Below are positions 9,285-18,700 of a DNA stretch of 32,000 nucleotides, one piece after another (position 1 is the stretch's first letter; the number at the start of each line of letters is the position of its first letter). Both the position numbers and the translations under genes were made by a program. This stretch comes from Gemmata obscuriglobus (GTDB taxonomy: Bacteria; Planctomycetota; Planctomycetia; Gemmatales; Gemmataceae), in NCBI RefSeq assembly GCF_008065095.1, contig NZ_CP042911.1:5790001-5822000 (forward strand). Direction: 5' to 3'. The notes beneath the pieces were generated by a model. The model was not told where the DNA came from and ran no database searches. It saw only the letters and a program-made list of their open reading frames with translations.

Positions 9285-10132
9285 CTTGACGGCTCCGCTG
9301 AAATTGATGCCTATGAACGTGCGATTCGATCAAAGCGATACAAAAATAAATAGCTCGCGATCGGAACCCGCGCGGCGGCCAGGGACGTGGAAACGCCGCG
9401 AACCACAAACCGATCCTCTTGTCGGGCGTTAACTGCGGGGCACTAACGTGGCCGCAGCTCGTCCGAGCGGTGAGGCGCAACGGGTCGCCCGCAAGACGAT
9501 CAACTGCGGCCGGTTTCCGACGCCCACAACAGTCGCGGCCCGGCCCGCCGGAAGTAACGATTTCAACACCCACGTGACAACGGCATAATACCGTACCGAC
9601 ATTTGATCCAAGTGCCGTAGCGTGTACCGTAATGAGGATTCGGGGCGAGTGACCCCGTTCCGTTTGTTCGGTCACGAGGTCCGAGCGGGCGCCCGACTGC
9701 TACCGGCGAACGGGCCGTTCGCTACCGGTTCGCTGGGTGGTCGCTACCAACGAATCGCACCCTCAAACCCGGAATGGCCGCCATCAAAGTTGACGGCATG
9801 TGTTCCCAGCGACGTTCACATGTGGTACCGCAATATATTACCGAAAAACGCCTTACACCTGAAAGCCTGAAAAAGCAGTTCCGATGTTGCCAACGGCCGC
9901 CGGCACCAGTCCCCAACCACGGCGCAATACAGACGCCCAGAAATGCCGCGCAGAGGAAGGGGAGTCGGTAAATACCAAATGTACCAGGTGCTCCACCGAA
10001 CAGTACGGCGTTAGCCGTTCATTGGGCCGGCGACTGTCGCGATTACGGACAGTAACGCCGCGCTGGCGGCGCGACACCGCAGGTACCAGAATAACCCTTG
10101 CGACCCGTTCGATCACCGGTCCGGCGGAACGA

Positions 10133-11524
10133 ATGCCAACCCTCTCCGACCTCGCGAACGTCCTCATCAGGTGCCGGGTGGTGTCCCGCGCGCGGTGGGA
10201 CAAAGCCGCCCGCGCCGCCGGCGGCATCACCGCCGCTCTGCTCGACGAACTGACGGCGCAGCCGCCCGAGTGGTGGAGCGAGGACGAAGGCCCGGAACCG
10301 CCGCCGGGGCTCACCGACTACCAGCGGGCGGTCGTTGAGGCCTGGCTCGACGGGGACGACGCGCCGCTCGCGCCGCAGCTCGCGGTGAACCAGTTCCTTT
10401 TGCTGGAGCAACTCGGCGCGGGCGGGCAGGGGCAGGTGTTCCGCGGGCGGCAACTGAACCCGGCGCGGTTCGTCGCCATCAAGACCCTCACCCGCGAGAC
10501 CGACACCAGCCGGGCGCGGTTCGAGCAAGAGGCCCGGGCGATGATGCGTGTCCAGCACCCCACCATCGCCCGGTTCCACCTTTACGAGCGGGTCCGCGAC
10601 GAGCACAACCGCCCCACCAACGAGTACCTGATCGCGATGGAGTTCGTGGACGGTTCGGACCTCAACCGCCTCGTGCGGTGGTCCGGGCCGATCCCGTGGC
10701 CGTTCGTGGTGAAGTGGACGATCGACCTGCTCGGCGGGCTGGCGGCGATCCACCAGAGCGGGTTCGTTCACCGCGACGTGAAACCCGCGAACGTGATCGC
10801 GCTCGGCCCGCCGCCGGAAGCCGGCACCCGGCCGGGGGACACCGCCGCGAAGTTGCTCGATTTCGGCGCCGTCAGCGCCACCGCACAGCCGCAAAACGAG
10901 GGCGCGAAGCGCATGTTCGTGGGCACCCGCGAGTACGCCCCGCCGGAGCAGTGGCGCGAGCGGGTAGTGCCGGAGTCGGACCTGTACGCGCTCGGGGGAA
11001 CCCTGTTCTTCCTGCTCACCGGCCGCGCCCCGTACATCATTGAGGGCCGGGACGCCATCGAGTTCATGAAAGCGCACACCCGCGCGCCCGTGCCCTCCGC
11101 GCGCGAACACAACCCGGATGTCCCTAAAGCCCTGGATGCGCTGATTCAGACGCTCATGGCGAAGCGCCCCGCCGACCGCGGCACCGCCGCGGAGTTGAGC
11201 GAGGCGTTCGCGCGGCTACTCCCGTCCGAAGCGGCTGCCGCCCCGCCGGCGCGAAAACCGAAAAAGCCCGCGCCGCTCGCGCCCCCAAACGCCGGCGCCC
11301 GCACCGTGCGCATCTCAGAACCAGAAGAACACGGGGCGCTCGATCGCGTGTGCGGGCCGGTGCTGTCGGTTTTCGAGCGCCTGTTCCTGCCCGCCCTCAT
11401 GCGCCCGACGCCGGGGCACGAACCCTCGATCACGGAACGAGTTGCGGTCCTTCTCACGCGGCCGACCGTCTTGCTCCTGCTGCTGGTCCTTGTCGGCGGT
11501 TGCATTTTTCTGGCCGTGCGTTGA
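10133..11524 (+). CDS. Ser/Thr protein kinase, tail-anchored (a single C-terminal TM helix ends one residue before the stop)
   Basis: The ORF is 9884..11524, but its first 83 codons lie in low-GC sequence that does not look coding, so I start at ATG 10133 (MPTLSDLANVLIRC...). The motifs are LGAGGQGQVFRG / VAIKTL, HRDVKPANVI, LLDFGAV and GTREYAPPEQ. The C-terminus is TVLLLLLVLVGGCIFLAVR*. Confidence 0.85.
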   Translation: MPTLSDLANVLIRCRVVSRARWDKAARAAGGITAALLDELTAQPPEWWSEDEGPEPPPGLTDYQRAVVEAWLDGDDAPLAPQLAVNQFLLLEQLGAGGQGQVFRGRQLNPARFVAIKTLTRETDTSRARFEQEARAMMRVQHPTIARFHLYERVRDEHNRPTNEYLIAMEFVDGSDLNRLVRWSGPIPWPFVVKWTIDLLGGLAAIHQSGFVHRDVKPANVIALGPPPEAGTRPGDTAAKLLDFGAVSATAQPQNEGAKRMFVGTREYAPPEQWRERVVPESDLYALGGTLFFLLTGRAPYIIEGRDAIEFMKAHTRAPVPSAREHNPDVPKALDALIQTLMAKRPADRGTAAELSEAFARLLPSEAAAAPPARKPKKPAPLAPPNAGARTVRISEPEEHGALDRVCGPVLSVFERLFLPALMRPTPGHEPSITERVAVLLTRPTVLLLLLVLVGGCIFLAVR

Positions 11525-11628
11525 AGTTCTGTCCCGGCGCGAGGTATTTGAGATATACTGTTGCGGGTCGGTTCACCTCCGCCGCCGCACCCGCAACGCT
11601 CCTCCGTTCGCCCGACCGGACCGACGGT

Positions 11629-12918
11629 ATGGACCTTCACCTGCAAAACGTGCTCACCGGCGACACCGTCAAGGCGCACCGCGAGCGCACGCTGATCGGT
11701 TCCGCCGAACACGCGACCGTCGTGACCGAAACGGGTCCGTACCTCGGCGCGCTGGTCGCCTGCTACCCGACCGGCTGGGCGCTGTACGCCCTGTCCGACC
11801 AGGACGTGACCTACAACCGCCGCCCGCTCCACGCGGGCCAGTGCGTGATCCCCCAAAAGGGTGACCTGCTCGGCGTCGGAGACGACCGGTTCACGATCCT
11901 GATCCCGTCAACTGATCCGAGGCGCGCGGAAGCGGACGACATCGCCCCCGCGTGTTTTGCGTACGTCACCAACCCGGACGGAATGGAGGAGTGCCGGGCG
12001 GTCGATCACAACCTGCTGTTCGGGCGGCTCGCGTACTGTCACGTCCAGCTCGCGGACACGCGCCTGTCGCGCCTGGGCGCGCTGCTCGCCCCTCGTGACG
12101 GGTGCTGGTACGTTCACAACCTCTCTAAGAAGGCGATCGGCCGGAACCGCAAAGCCGTGTTCACCTTCGCCCGCATCGCGGACGGCGACGAGTTGCTCGT
12201 CGGCCCGCTGGTGGTGCGGCTCGAAATCAAGCCGAGTACGGCGGAGCAGGCCGCCCTCGCGCCCGCGCCGACCGGTTCGCGGGAGCGAGTTCCGCTCAGC
12301 TCCTCGATCGCCACCGACACGCCAGAAGCGACCGACACGCCCACCCCGCGCGACCCGGACGCCGGTCCGGACCTCCTCGCCCTCCACGCCGCCGGGCAGG
12401 AGCTGGAAGCGTGGCTGAAGCGCCAGCCCCCACCCACCGAGCCGCCGAAAAGCGGGCTGGGGAGTTGGCTCGGCGCGCAGCGTGACCGGCTGCGCCGGTT
12501 CTGGCTCGACACGCCCGAAACAACGATGGCGCGGAGCCTGCGCACCTCCGGCCGGCTCGCCGAAGCGTTCGGCGTCCTCGACCGCGCCGTTCGTAACCGA
12601 TCCGACAGCCCCGAGTTGCTCCGCGAGCTGTACCGGCTGTACGAATCGGTCGGGATGATCGACCTGTGTTACCGCCCGCTGCGCCACATCGAGAAGCTGG
12701 CCCAGGCACGCAGCACGCAAGACCCGTGGGTGCTGGAAACGCTGGCGCAGGTGTGCGAGAAGCTCGGCCGGGACCGGCCCGAGATGTTCGACCGCGCGAT
12801 CGCGTACTGGGACCGGCTCGAAGCGGCGACGGGAACAAGTTGCCGGCGGCAGAAGTCCGACCTGATGGCCCGCCGCGCGCTGCGCGACGGCGGTTACGTG
12901 AACGCCTCCGACGATTGA
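11629..12918 (+). CDS. Tandem FHA-like domain protein with a C-terminal TPR-like helical repeat region
   Basis: The ORF is 11350..12918. I start at ATG 11629 (MDLHLQNVLTGD...), downstream of the kinase stop. Module 1 reads TLIGSAEHATVVTE...DVTYNRRPL...GDLLGVGDDRFTILI. Module 2 reads LLFGRLAYCHVQLADTRLSRLGALL...WYVHNLSKKAIGRN...DGDELLVGPLVVRLEI. That gives the G-R, S-R and N-x-S/G plus terminal beta-strand pattern of FHA, with the His of SxxH missing. The C-terminal helices LAEAFGVLDRAV...LYRLYESVGM...AIAYWDRLEA look TPR-like. Confidence 0.7.
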   Translation: MDLHLQNVLTGDTVKAHRERTLIGSAEHATVVTETGPYLGALVACYPTGWALYALSDQDVTYNRRPLHAGQCVIPQKGDLLGVGDDRFTILIPSTDPRRAEADDIAPACFAYVTNPDGMEECRAVDHNLLFGRLAYCHVQLADTRLSRLGALLAPRDGCWYVHNLSKKAIGRNRKAVFTFARIADGDELLVGPLVVRLEIKPSTAEQAALAPAPTGSRERVPLSSSIATDTPEATDTPTPRDPDAGPDLLALHAAGQELEAWLKRQPPPTEPPKSGLGSWLGAQRDRLRRFWLDTPETTMARSLRTSGRLAEAFGVLDRAVRNRSDSPELLRELYRLYESVGMIDLCYRPLRHIEKLAQARSTQDPWVLETLAQVCEKLGRDRPEMFDRAIAYWDRLEAATGTSCRRQKSDLMARRALRDGGYVNASDD

Positions 12919-13068
12919 TGTCGCCGTTGGCGCTCGGGATGTTCCGCTGCGGCCGGCGCCAAACGCGCCCCGGCGCGCGTCTCCGGGCTACAGTTCGGCC
13001 CACACACCGCTACACCTAACTCCATCTCCTCACACTCCTACCCCACACCGCACATTACGAGCACCGCT

Positions 13069-14154
13069 ATGCGCCCGATGATCGACGCCCACCTCGACCT
13101 CGCGCTCAACGCGCTCAACTACAACCGCAACCTGCAACTCACCGTCGCCGAGCTGCGGGCGGTGGAGCAGAGCTTTACGGACGTGGCCGGCCGCGGACGC
13201 GGCACCGTGACCTTCCCGGAGCTCAAGCGGTGCAAGGTGCCCGTGTGTGTGGCCACGCTGCTGGCCCGCAGCGGCCCGGACGCCGCCCAGCGCTGGGGGT
13301 TCAAGCGCGGCGACATCGACTACGCCACGCAGCAAATCGCCTACGCCCACTGTTTCGGCTCGCTGGGTTACTACCGGCTGCTCGAAGCCCAGGGGCACCT
13401 GAAGTTCATCCACACCCGCGGCGAACTGGCCGCCCACTGGGCCGCGTGGGAGGCCGCCCCCGACGCCACCCCGCTCGGGATCATCCTGAGCATGGAAGGG
13501 GCGGACCCGATCGTCACCCCGGACCAGGTGGCGCACTGGTTCGGGCTGGGGCTGCGCGCGGTCGGCCCGGCCCACTACGGGCGCGGCCAGTACGCCTTCG
13601 GCACCGCAGTAGACGGCCCGATGACACCGGCCGGAGTGCAGCTCCTGAAGGAGTTCATGAAGGTGGGGATGATCCTGGACGTGACGCACCTCTCCGACCA
13701 GTCATTCTGGACCGCGATGGACGTGTACGACGGCCCGATGCTCGCGAGCCACCACAACTTGCGGTCGCTGGTGCCCGGCGACCGGCAGTTGACCGACGAG
13801 CAGGTAAAGGAACTCATCAAGCGCGGTGCGGTGATCGGGTCGGCATTCGACGCGTGGATGATGGTCCCCGGGTGGGAGCGCGGGAAGACGCGGCCCGAGG
13901 TGGTGGGGCTGGAGGCGATCGTGGACCACATGGACCGGATCTGCCAGTTCGCGGGCAACGCGCGCCACGTCGCTCTGGGGACCGACCTCGACGGCGGGTT
14001 CGGCACCGAGCAAACCCCGCGCGACCTGGACACCATCACCGACGTCCACAAGCTCGAGGACATCTTGTCGCGCCGCGGGTACAGCGCGGCAGACATCGAC
14101 GGCATCTTTTACGCCAACTGGCTGCGGTTCTTCGGTGCCGCACTGCCGGGTTGA
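13069..14154 (+). CDS. Membrane (renal-type) dipeptidase, peptidase family M19
   Basis: 361-aa ORF. MIDAHLDLALNAL, ILDVTHLSDQSFW, LASHHNLRSL, AVIGSAFD, DHMDRICQFAGNARHVALGTDLDGGFG and IFYANWLRFF match the conserved metal-ligand blocks of M19 dipeptidases. Confidence 0.88.
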   Translation: MRPMIDAHLDLALNALNYNRNLQLTVAELRAVEQSFTDVAGRGRGTVTFPELKRCKVPVCVATLLARSGPDAAQRWGFKRGDIDYATQQIAYAHCFGSLGYYRLLEAQGHLKFIHTRGELAAHWAAWEAAPDATPLGIILSMEGADPIVTPDQVAHWFGLGLRAVGPAHYGRGQYAFGTAVDGPMTPAGVQLLKEFMKVGMILDVTHLSDQSFWTAMDVYDGPMLASHHNLRSLVPGDRQLTDEQVKELIKRGAVIGSAFDAWMMVPGWERGKTRPEVVGLEAIVDHMDRICQFAGNARHVALGTDLDGGFGTEQTPRDLDTITDVHKLEDILSRRGYSAADIDGIFYANWLRFFGAALPG

Positions 14155-14180
14155 CGCCCGCGTCCCGCGGGGCCGGCCGC

Positions 14181-15578
14181 TCACCGCTGGTCCACCAGTA
14201 ACCCGGCAACGGCGGCGTTCAGCAGTGTGGCCAAGAACCCGATGAACAGTGCCTTCATGCCCAACTTCGCGAGGTCCGCACGGCGCCCCGGGGCCATCGC
14301 GCCGATGCCCCCGAGCTGAATGCCCACGGAGGCGAAGTTCGCGAACCCCGTCAGCGCGTACACCGCGAGCATTTTCGACCGGCCCTGAAGCACCACGGCG
14401 CCGGTCTCGTTCCACTCTTTGAACTTCAGGTACGCGAAGTGTTCGTTTACCGCGAGCTTGAGCCCGAGCAGGTTCCCCACCTTATCGCAATCCTCGAGCG
14501 GGACACCGAGCAGGTACGCGACCGGTGCGAAGAGCGTCCCGAATATCCGGTCGAGCGTCAGGCCGGGATAGAACTGCCCCAAAACGATGTCGAACAGCGC
14601 GATGAACGCGGTGAACGCGATCAGCATGGCGGCGACGTTGATCGCGAGCACCACCCCGTCTTTCACCCCGGCCGCGGCGGCATCGATTACGTTCACGTAC
14701 GGCGTCTCGACCGCAATCGGGGCCGCACCCGCGGTCGCGGGCGTTCCGGCCTCGGGGTACAAAAGCTTCGTCAGGTACAGACTGCACGGGCACGCCATGA
14801 CGCACGTGCAGAGGATGGCGACTTTGTCAGCGCCGTAACCGATGTACACCGCCATCATCCCGCCGGAGATGTGCGCCATCCCGCTGCCCATCAGCGCGAG
14901 CAGTTCGGAACGCGTCATCCGCGGAACGAACGGCTTTACAATCAGGGGCGCCTCCGTCTGCCCCATAAACACGTTTGCGGACACCGAGAGCGTCTCCGCG
15001 CCGCTGGTCCCCATCAGGTACATCATCACCCGCGCCATGAGGCGCACGAAGAGCTGGAGTACTCCCAGGTAGTACAGCACACTGAAGAACGACGACACGA
15101 AGATGATCGGCGGGAGCACCCGGAACGCGAACACGAACCCGGCTTTCCCCTTCTCCTTCGCGAGATCGCCGAACACGAACTCCGCGCCCTTGTCCGACGC
15201 GTCAATCAGCGCGCCAATGCCGTCGCCGACCCGGCGGAGCAGGAGCTGCGCGTGTTCCGAATACAGCACCAGCACCGCGAGTGCGAACTGGAGCACCAGG
15301 CCCCACAGGAGGGTTTTGCGACTCACAGACTGGAGGCTTTTCGAGAACAGCGCCGTGAGCCCGAGAAAGAATACGACCCCGCACCCGGCCTGGATTCGGT
15401 ACGCAACCTGCGGCTGAGCGGTGAGCGCCGAACTACCAAGGTAGGCCAACGCGCCGACCGCGCACAACGCCACAACAAGGGCGATGCGCCAACTCCACGG
15501 CGTCGGCGGCAGGTCGATTTCGGGCGGTGCCGGTGGCGTGTCCGGGTCAGCGTTCGCGGTCGGCGCGGGCGCAATCAT
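14181..15578 (-). CDS. Concentrative nucleoside transporter, NupC/CNT family
   Basis: The ORF is 14181..15719. I prefer the internal ATG at 15578 (MIAPAPTAN...). The protein is polytopic, with CNT blocks FVFAFRVLPPIIFVSSFFSVLYYLG, GTSGAETLSVSANVFMGQTEAPL, AHISGGMMAVYI and FANFASVGIQLGGIG. Confidence 0.88.
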   Translation of the reverse strand: MIAPAPTANADPDTPPAPPEIDLPPTPWSWRIALVVALCAVGALAYLGSSALTAQPQVAYRIQAGCGVVFFLGLTALFSKSLQSVSRKTLLWGLVLQFALAVLVLYSEHAQLLLRRVGDGIGALIDASDKGAEFVFGDLAKEKGKAGFVFAFRVLPPIIFVSSFFSVLYYLGVLQLFVRLMARVMMYLMGTSGAETLSVSANVFMGQTEAPLIVKPFVPRMTRSELLALMGSGMAHISGGMMAVYIGYGADKVAILCTCVMACPCSLYLTKLLYPEAGTPATAGAAPIAVETPYVNVIDAAAAGVKDGVVLAINVAAMLIAFTAFIALFDIVLGQFYPGLTLDRIFGTLFAPVAYLLGVPLEDCDKVGNLLGLKLAVNEHFAYLKFKEWNETGAVVLQGRSKMLAVYALTGFANFASVGIQLGGIGAMAPGRRADLAKLGMKALFIGFLATLLNAAVAGLLVDQR

Positions 15579-15762
15579 GCGGGTCCCCTGACGCGGAAAC
15601 GGCGGCCCGGGCGGGCCGCCTTCGTGTTCGACTGGCGCGTTGGTCGCGGAACTTGCGGGAGAGGCGTTCCTGTCTGTGCCACAGATACGACGAGCGGAAC
15701 GAACGGGCCACGCCGGCACGCAGAAAAGGAGGGGAAGCCGGACGCCCCCGCCTCGCCACGCA

Positions 15763-18700
15763 CTACTTGGCGAACAGCTCCTTGATGAGCGCGTCGTCGT
15801 CCTTCGGGAGCGCCCACAGGTTCAGCGTGAACGCGACCTTGCGCTCGTCGCTGTGCCGCGGGAGCTTCAGCACCGCGAGCCACACGCCCTTCACAGGAAC
15901 GAACCGCCACTCGCAACCGGCGGGCGCGCCGGGAACCTCGACCAGCACCGCACGGTCGCCGCTGGGCAGCACCAGCCGTACGCCCGCGGCCGGCAGCTTC
16001 ACCTCGTCGGCCTTCAGACCCAACCGGACCGGTTGGCCGGCGCCGTCGACCGCCCGCGGCTCTTTAGCGGCCTGTCCCGCCAGGAACCAGGCTTGGCGGC
16101 CCCCGGGGACCGTCACCTCGAACGTGCGGGCGAGCCCCGTTGCGACCGACCCTCTCAGCGGGGCCGGGGTCTCGGTCACCGCCAGTTCCGGCCCCTTAAA
16201 GCTCTCGTCCAGGCGGTAGCGGAACGTCGGGCGCCCCTCCCGGTCGAGGCTGTAGCCGTCGAACTTGACCGCCATGGGGCCGTCGTAGATGCGTGCCGGT
16301 TCGAGCGGCAGCGGCAGCCCGAACGCCGGGTTCGCGGCGCGACCGAGGAAGTCCGGTGGCGGGGCCGACTCGCCGGTCAGCCCCCAGGGGTGACCGGCCG
16401 GCGCGGTCCAGAACTTCTGACCGAGCAGCTTCGCGGGCGCCCCGCCGCGGTTGTTCCACACCGGCGAGGCGTCGAGGAAGTTGCCGTTCCACGCGTAGGC
16501 CGTGCGGCACTGGTCGGCGCTGAAGGCGACCGACACGTACCCCGGGTACCCCACCGCGATGGCCTTGCTCCCGGCGTCCGGCATGAACGTGCGCAGCACC
16601 TCCGCGCGATCCTTAACCGCGATTACGAGGCCCTTGGGCGGTTCGAGCCCTTCGGGCAGCACCAGGTTCGGCCCCAGCGACAGGTACGCCCACATCGCCT
16701 CGGCCTGCTGCTTCGGGTCGCCGTTGAACGCGGTCGTGAGCGTCGATTTGCCGTCCACGAAGGCCTGCGGCATCCGCGTACCCGGGGCCATCCGCAGGGG
16801 CTGGCTGAGCCAGCGCTCGTACCAGTCGTACCGCACCCGCTGGTTGATGGTGGCCAAATCCGGGCCGCGCGTGCCGGTGTTGGCCACGCCGCCGATGTCG
16901 TGGCACGAGACGCACCCGAGCCCGCCCTTGCCAACGATCGTGCGGCCCGCGGCGATCTTCGCACTCGTGCCCGGAACGACGTGAACGCGATCGTCGGGGG
17001 TGGTGCCCTCGAGCGCGGCGAGTGCGTCCGGCAGGAACCCGACGTTGCCCTCGCCGTACTGCGGCATCCGGAGCTGCATCCACGGGCGGGCGCGACCGCT
17101 CTGCGTGAGGACCGACTTGAGCCAGCTCGTGCGGGCCTTGTGCCCAACGCCGGTGAGCACCGGCGGCCGCACGTCGTCCGCGTTCTCGGCCTTTTCGAGC
17201 TGCCGCATCTGGTCCGCGAGTTCGGTCGGGATGCCGCCCTCGCCGTCCCGCTGGTGGCAGTTGAGACAGTTGAACCGCCGCAGGGCGGTGCGGGCGCGGT
17301 ACACCGGGGCCGACGAGCCGGCCCCCGTCAGCCCCTTCTGCACGAACGCGGTGAGGGCGCCGCGCTCCGCGGGATCGAGTGCGTAAGCCGGCCTTCTCGC
17401 GGGAGCGGGAACGGCGTCCAGGCACCCCTTCGCGCCGGCCCGCTTTACCGCTTCGAGACCTGGAAAGGTGGTGAGGGGAGCGATCGCCTGACCGCCCGGT
17501 TCGATGGCGTGGCAGTTGGCACAACCCTTTGCCAGCACGATCCGGGCGCCCAACTCGGCCCACTGCGTTTCCGGCTTCAGCCCGTTGAATTTTGTCAGCT
17601 CGGCGTCGGTGGCGTTCGGAAGCAACTGAGCCGCCAGGGCCGCGGGCCGGACCTGCGGCACGGGCACGGCGTCCGGCGTGACGCTCTCGTCGGGCACGCG
17701 GCACAGGTAGCGGGCGATGTCGAGCGCCTCGCCGCCGCTCAGGTTGAGGTTCGGCATCCGCCCGTGCGGGTTCGTCTTGAGCGGGTTCTGGAGGTACGCG
17801 GCGAGCACCTCGGGCCGCGTCTTGCCGCCCAGCCCGCCGAGCGCGTACTTCGGCGTCGGACCGCTCAGCGTGCCCAGCCCGTAGGCGTAATCGACCGGCG
17901 CGAGCGGCTCCCGGTCGTCCTCTTCGTCTTTCTTCTTGCGGGGGAGCGGGTCCGAGTGGCAGGCGGCGCACCCGGCCACGCTGAAGAGCGCCCGCCCGCG
18001 CTCCATGCTCTCACGCAATCCGTTCGGCACGACCGTGGGCAAGCGGTACACGTCGAGCGGTTGGCCCGCGAGCGAGACGAGGTACTGCGTGACCGCGTAC
18101 CGCTCCGCGGCACCGGCTTCGTCCGGGGCGAAGCTCTTCGGCATCGTGGTGTGGGAACGGATCTTCGTCGGGTCCGCGAGCCAGGCGTAGATCCAGCCCG
18201 GGTAGGCGCGCCGGGCCACGTCGGTCAGGTTCGGGCCGGTGCGGTCGGCGAGCGTCTTGGCCATCGTGTCGCCCGCGGCGGGCGTGTGGCACTTGACGCA
18301 GCCGAGTTCCTCGAACTTGAACCGCCCGTGGTCCAGTTCGGTATCGGCGGTGAACTCTTTGGGGCGGTCTTTCGCGAGGTGACCGAGGAACTGATACGCC
18401 AGCGGCTCATCGACGAATCCGGGGCCGCGCCAGAACAGTTCCACGCGCACCGGCGCGACGGGGTCCTCGCGCCGGAACACCACGTCCAGGGTGGTCACGC
18501 CGCCGTCGAGCGAGATCTCCCCCCGGGCCATTTTGCCGCCAACCTTCACGTCCAGCGTCCCACCGGTGACGACCGGCGAGAACGTGTACTTACCAGCCCG
18601 GGTGATGTTGATGTAACCGGTCCAGTTGATCGAACCGGTGCCCGCCAGCTTCGGGTGGGGTTGCTCGCCGGCGCTGAGCGAAATGGCCACGGTCGGTTCG

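Noticed and set aside
9884-10132. 83-codon N-terminal extension of the kinase ORF, and the small ORFs 9429..9611(-) and 9622..9870(+).
   Set aside because: They lie in the low-GC spacer, lack the strong GC3 bias visible in neighbouring genes, and have no recognisable motifs. The kinase has a sensible ATG at 10133.
12919-12998. GC-rich overlapping short palindromes (GGCGC-caaac-GCGCC, CGCGCC-cc-GGCGCG) after the FHA gene, considered as a terminator.
   Set aside because: The stems are only 5-6 bp, with loops that are too small or competing, and there is no U-tract. This is not strong enough to annotate.
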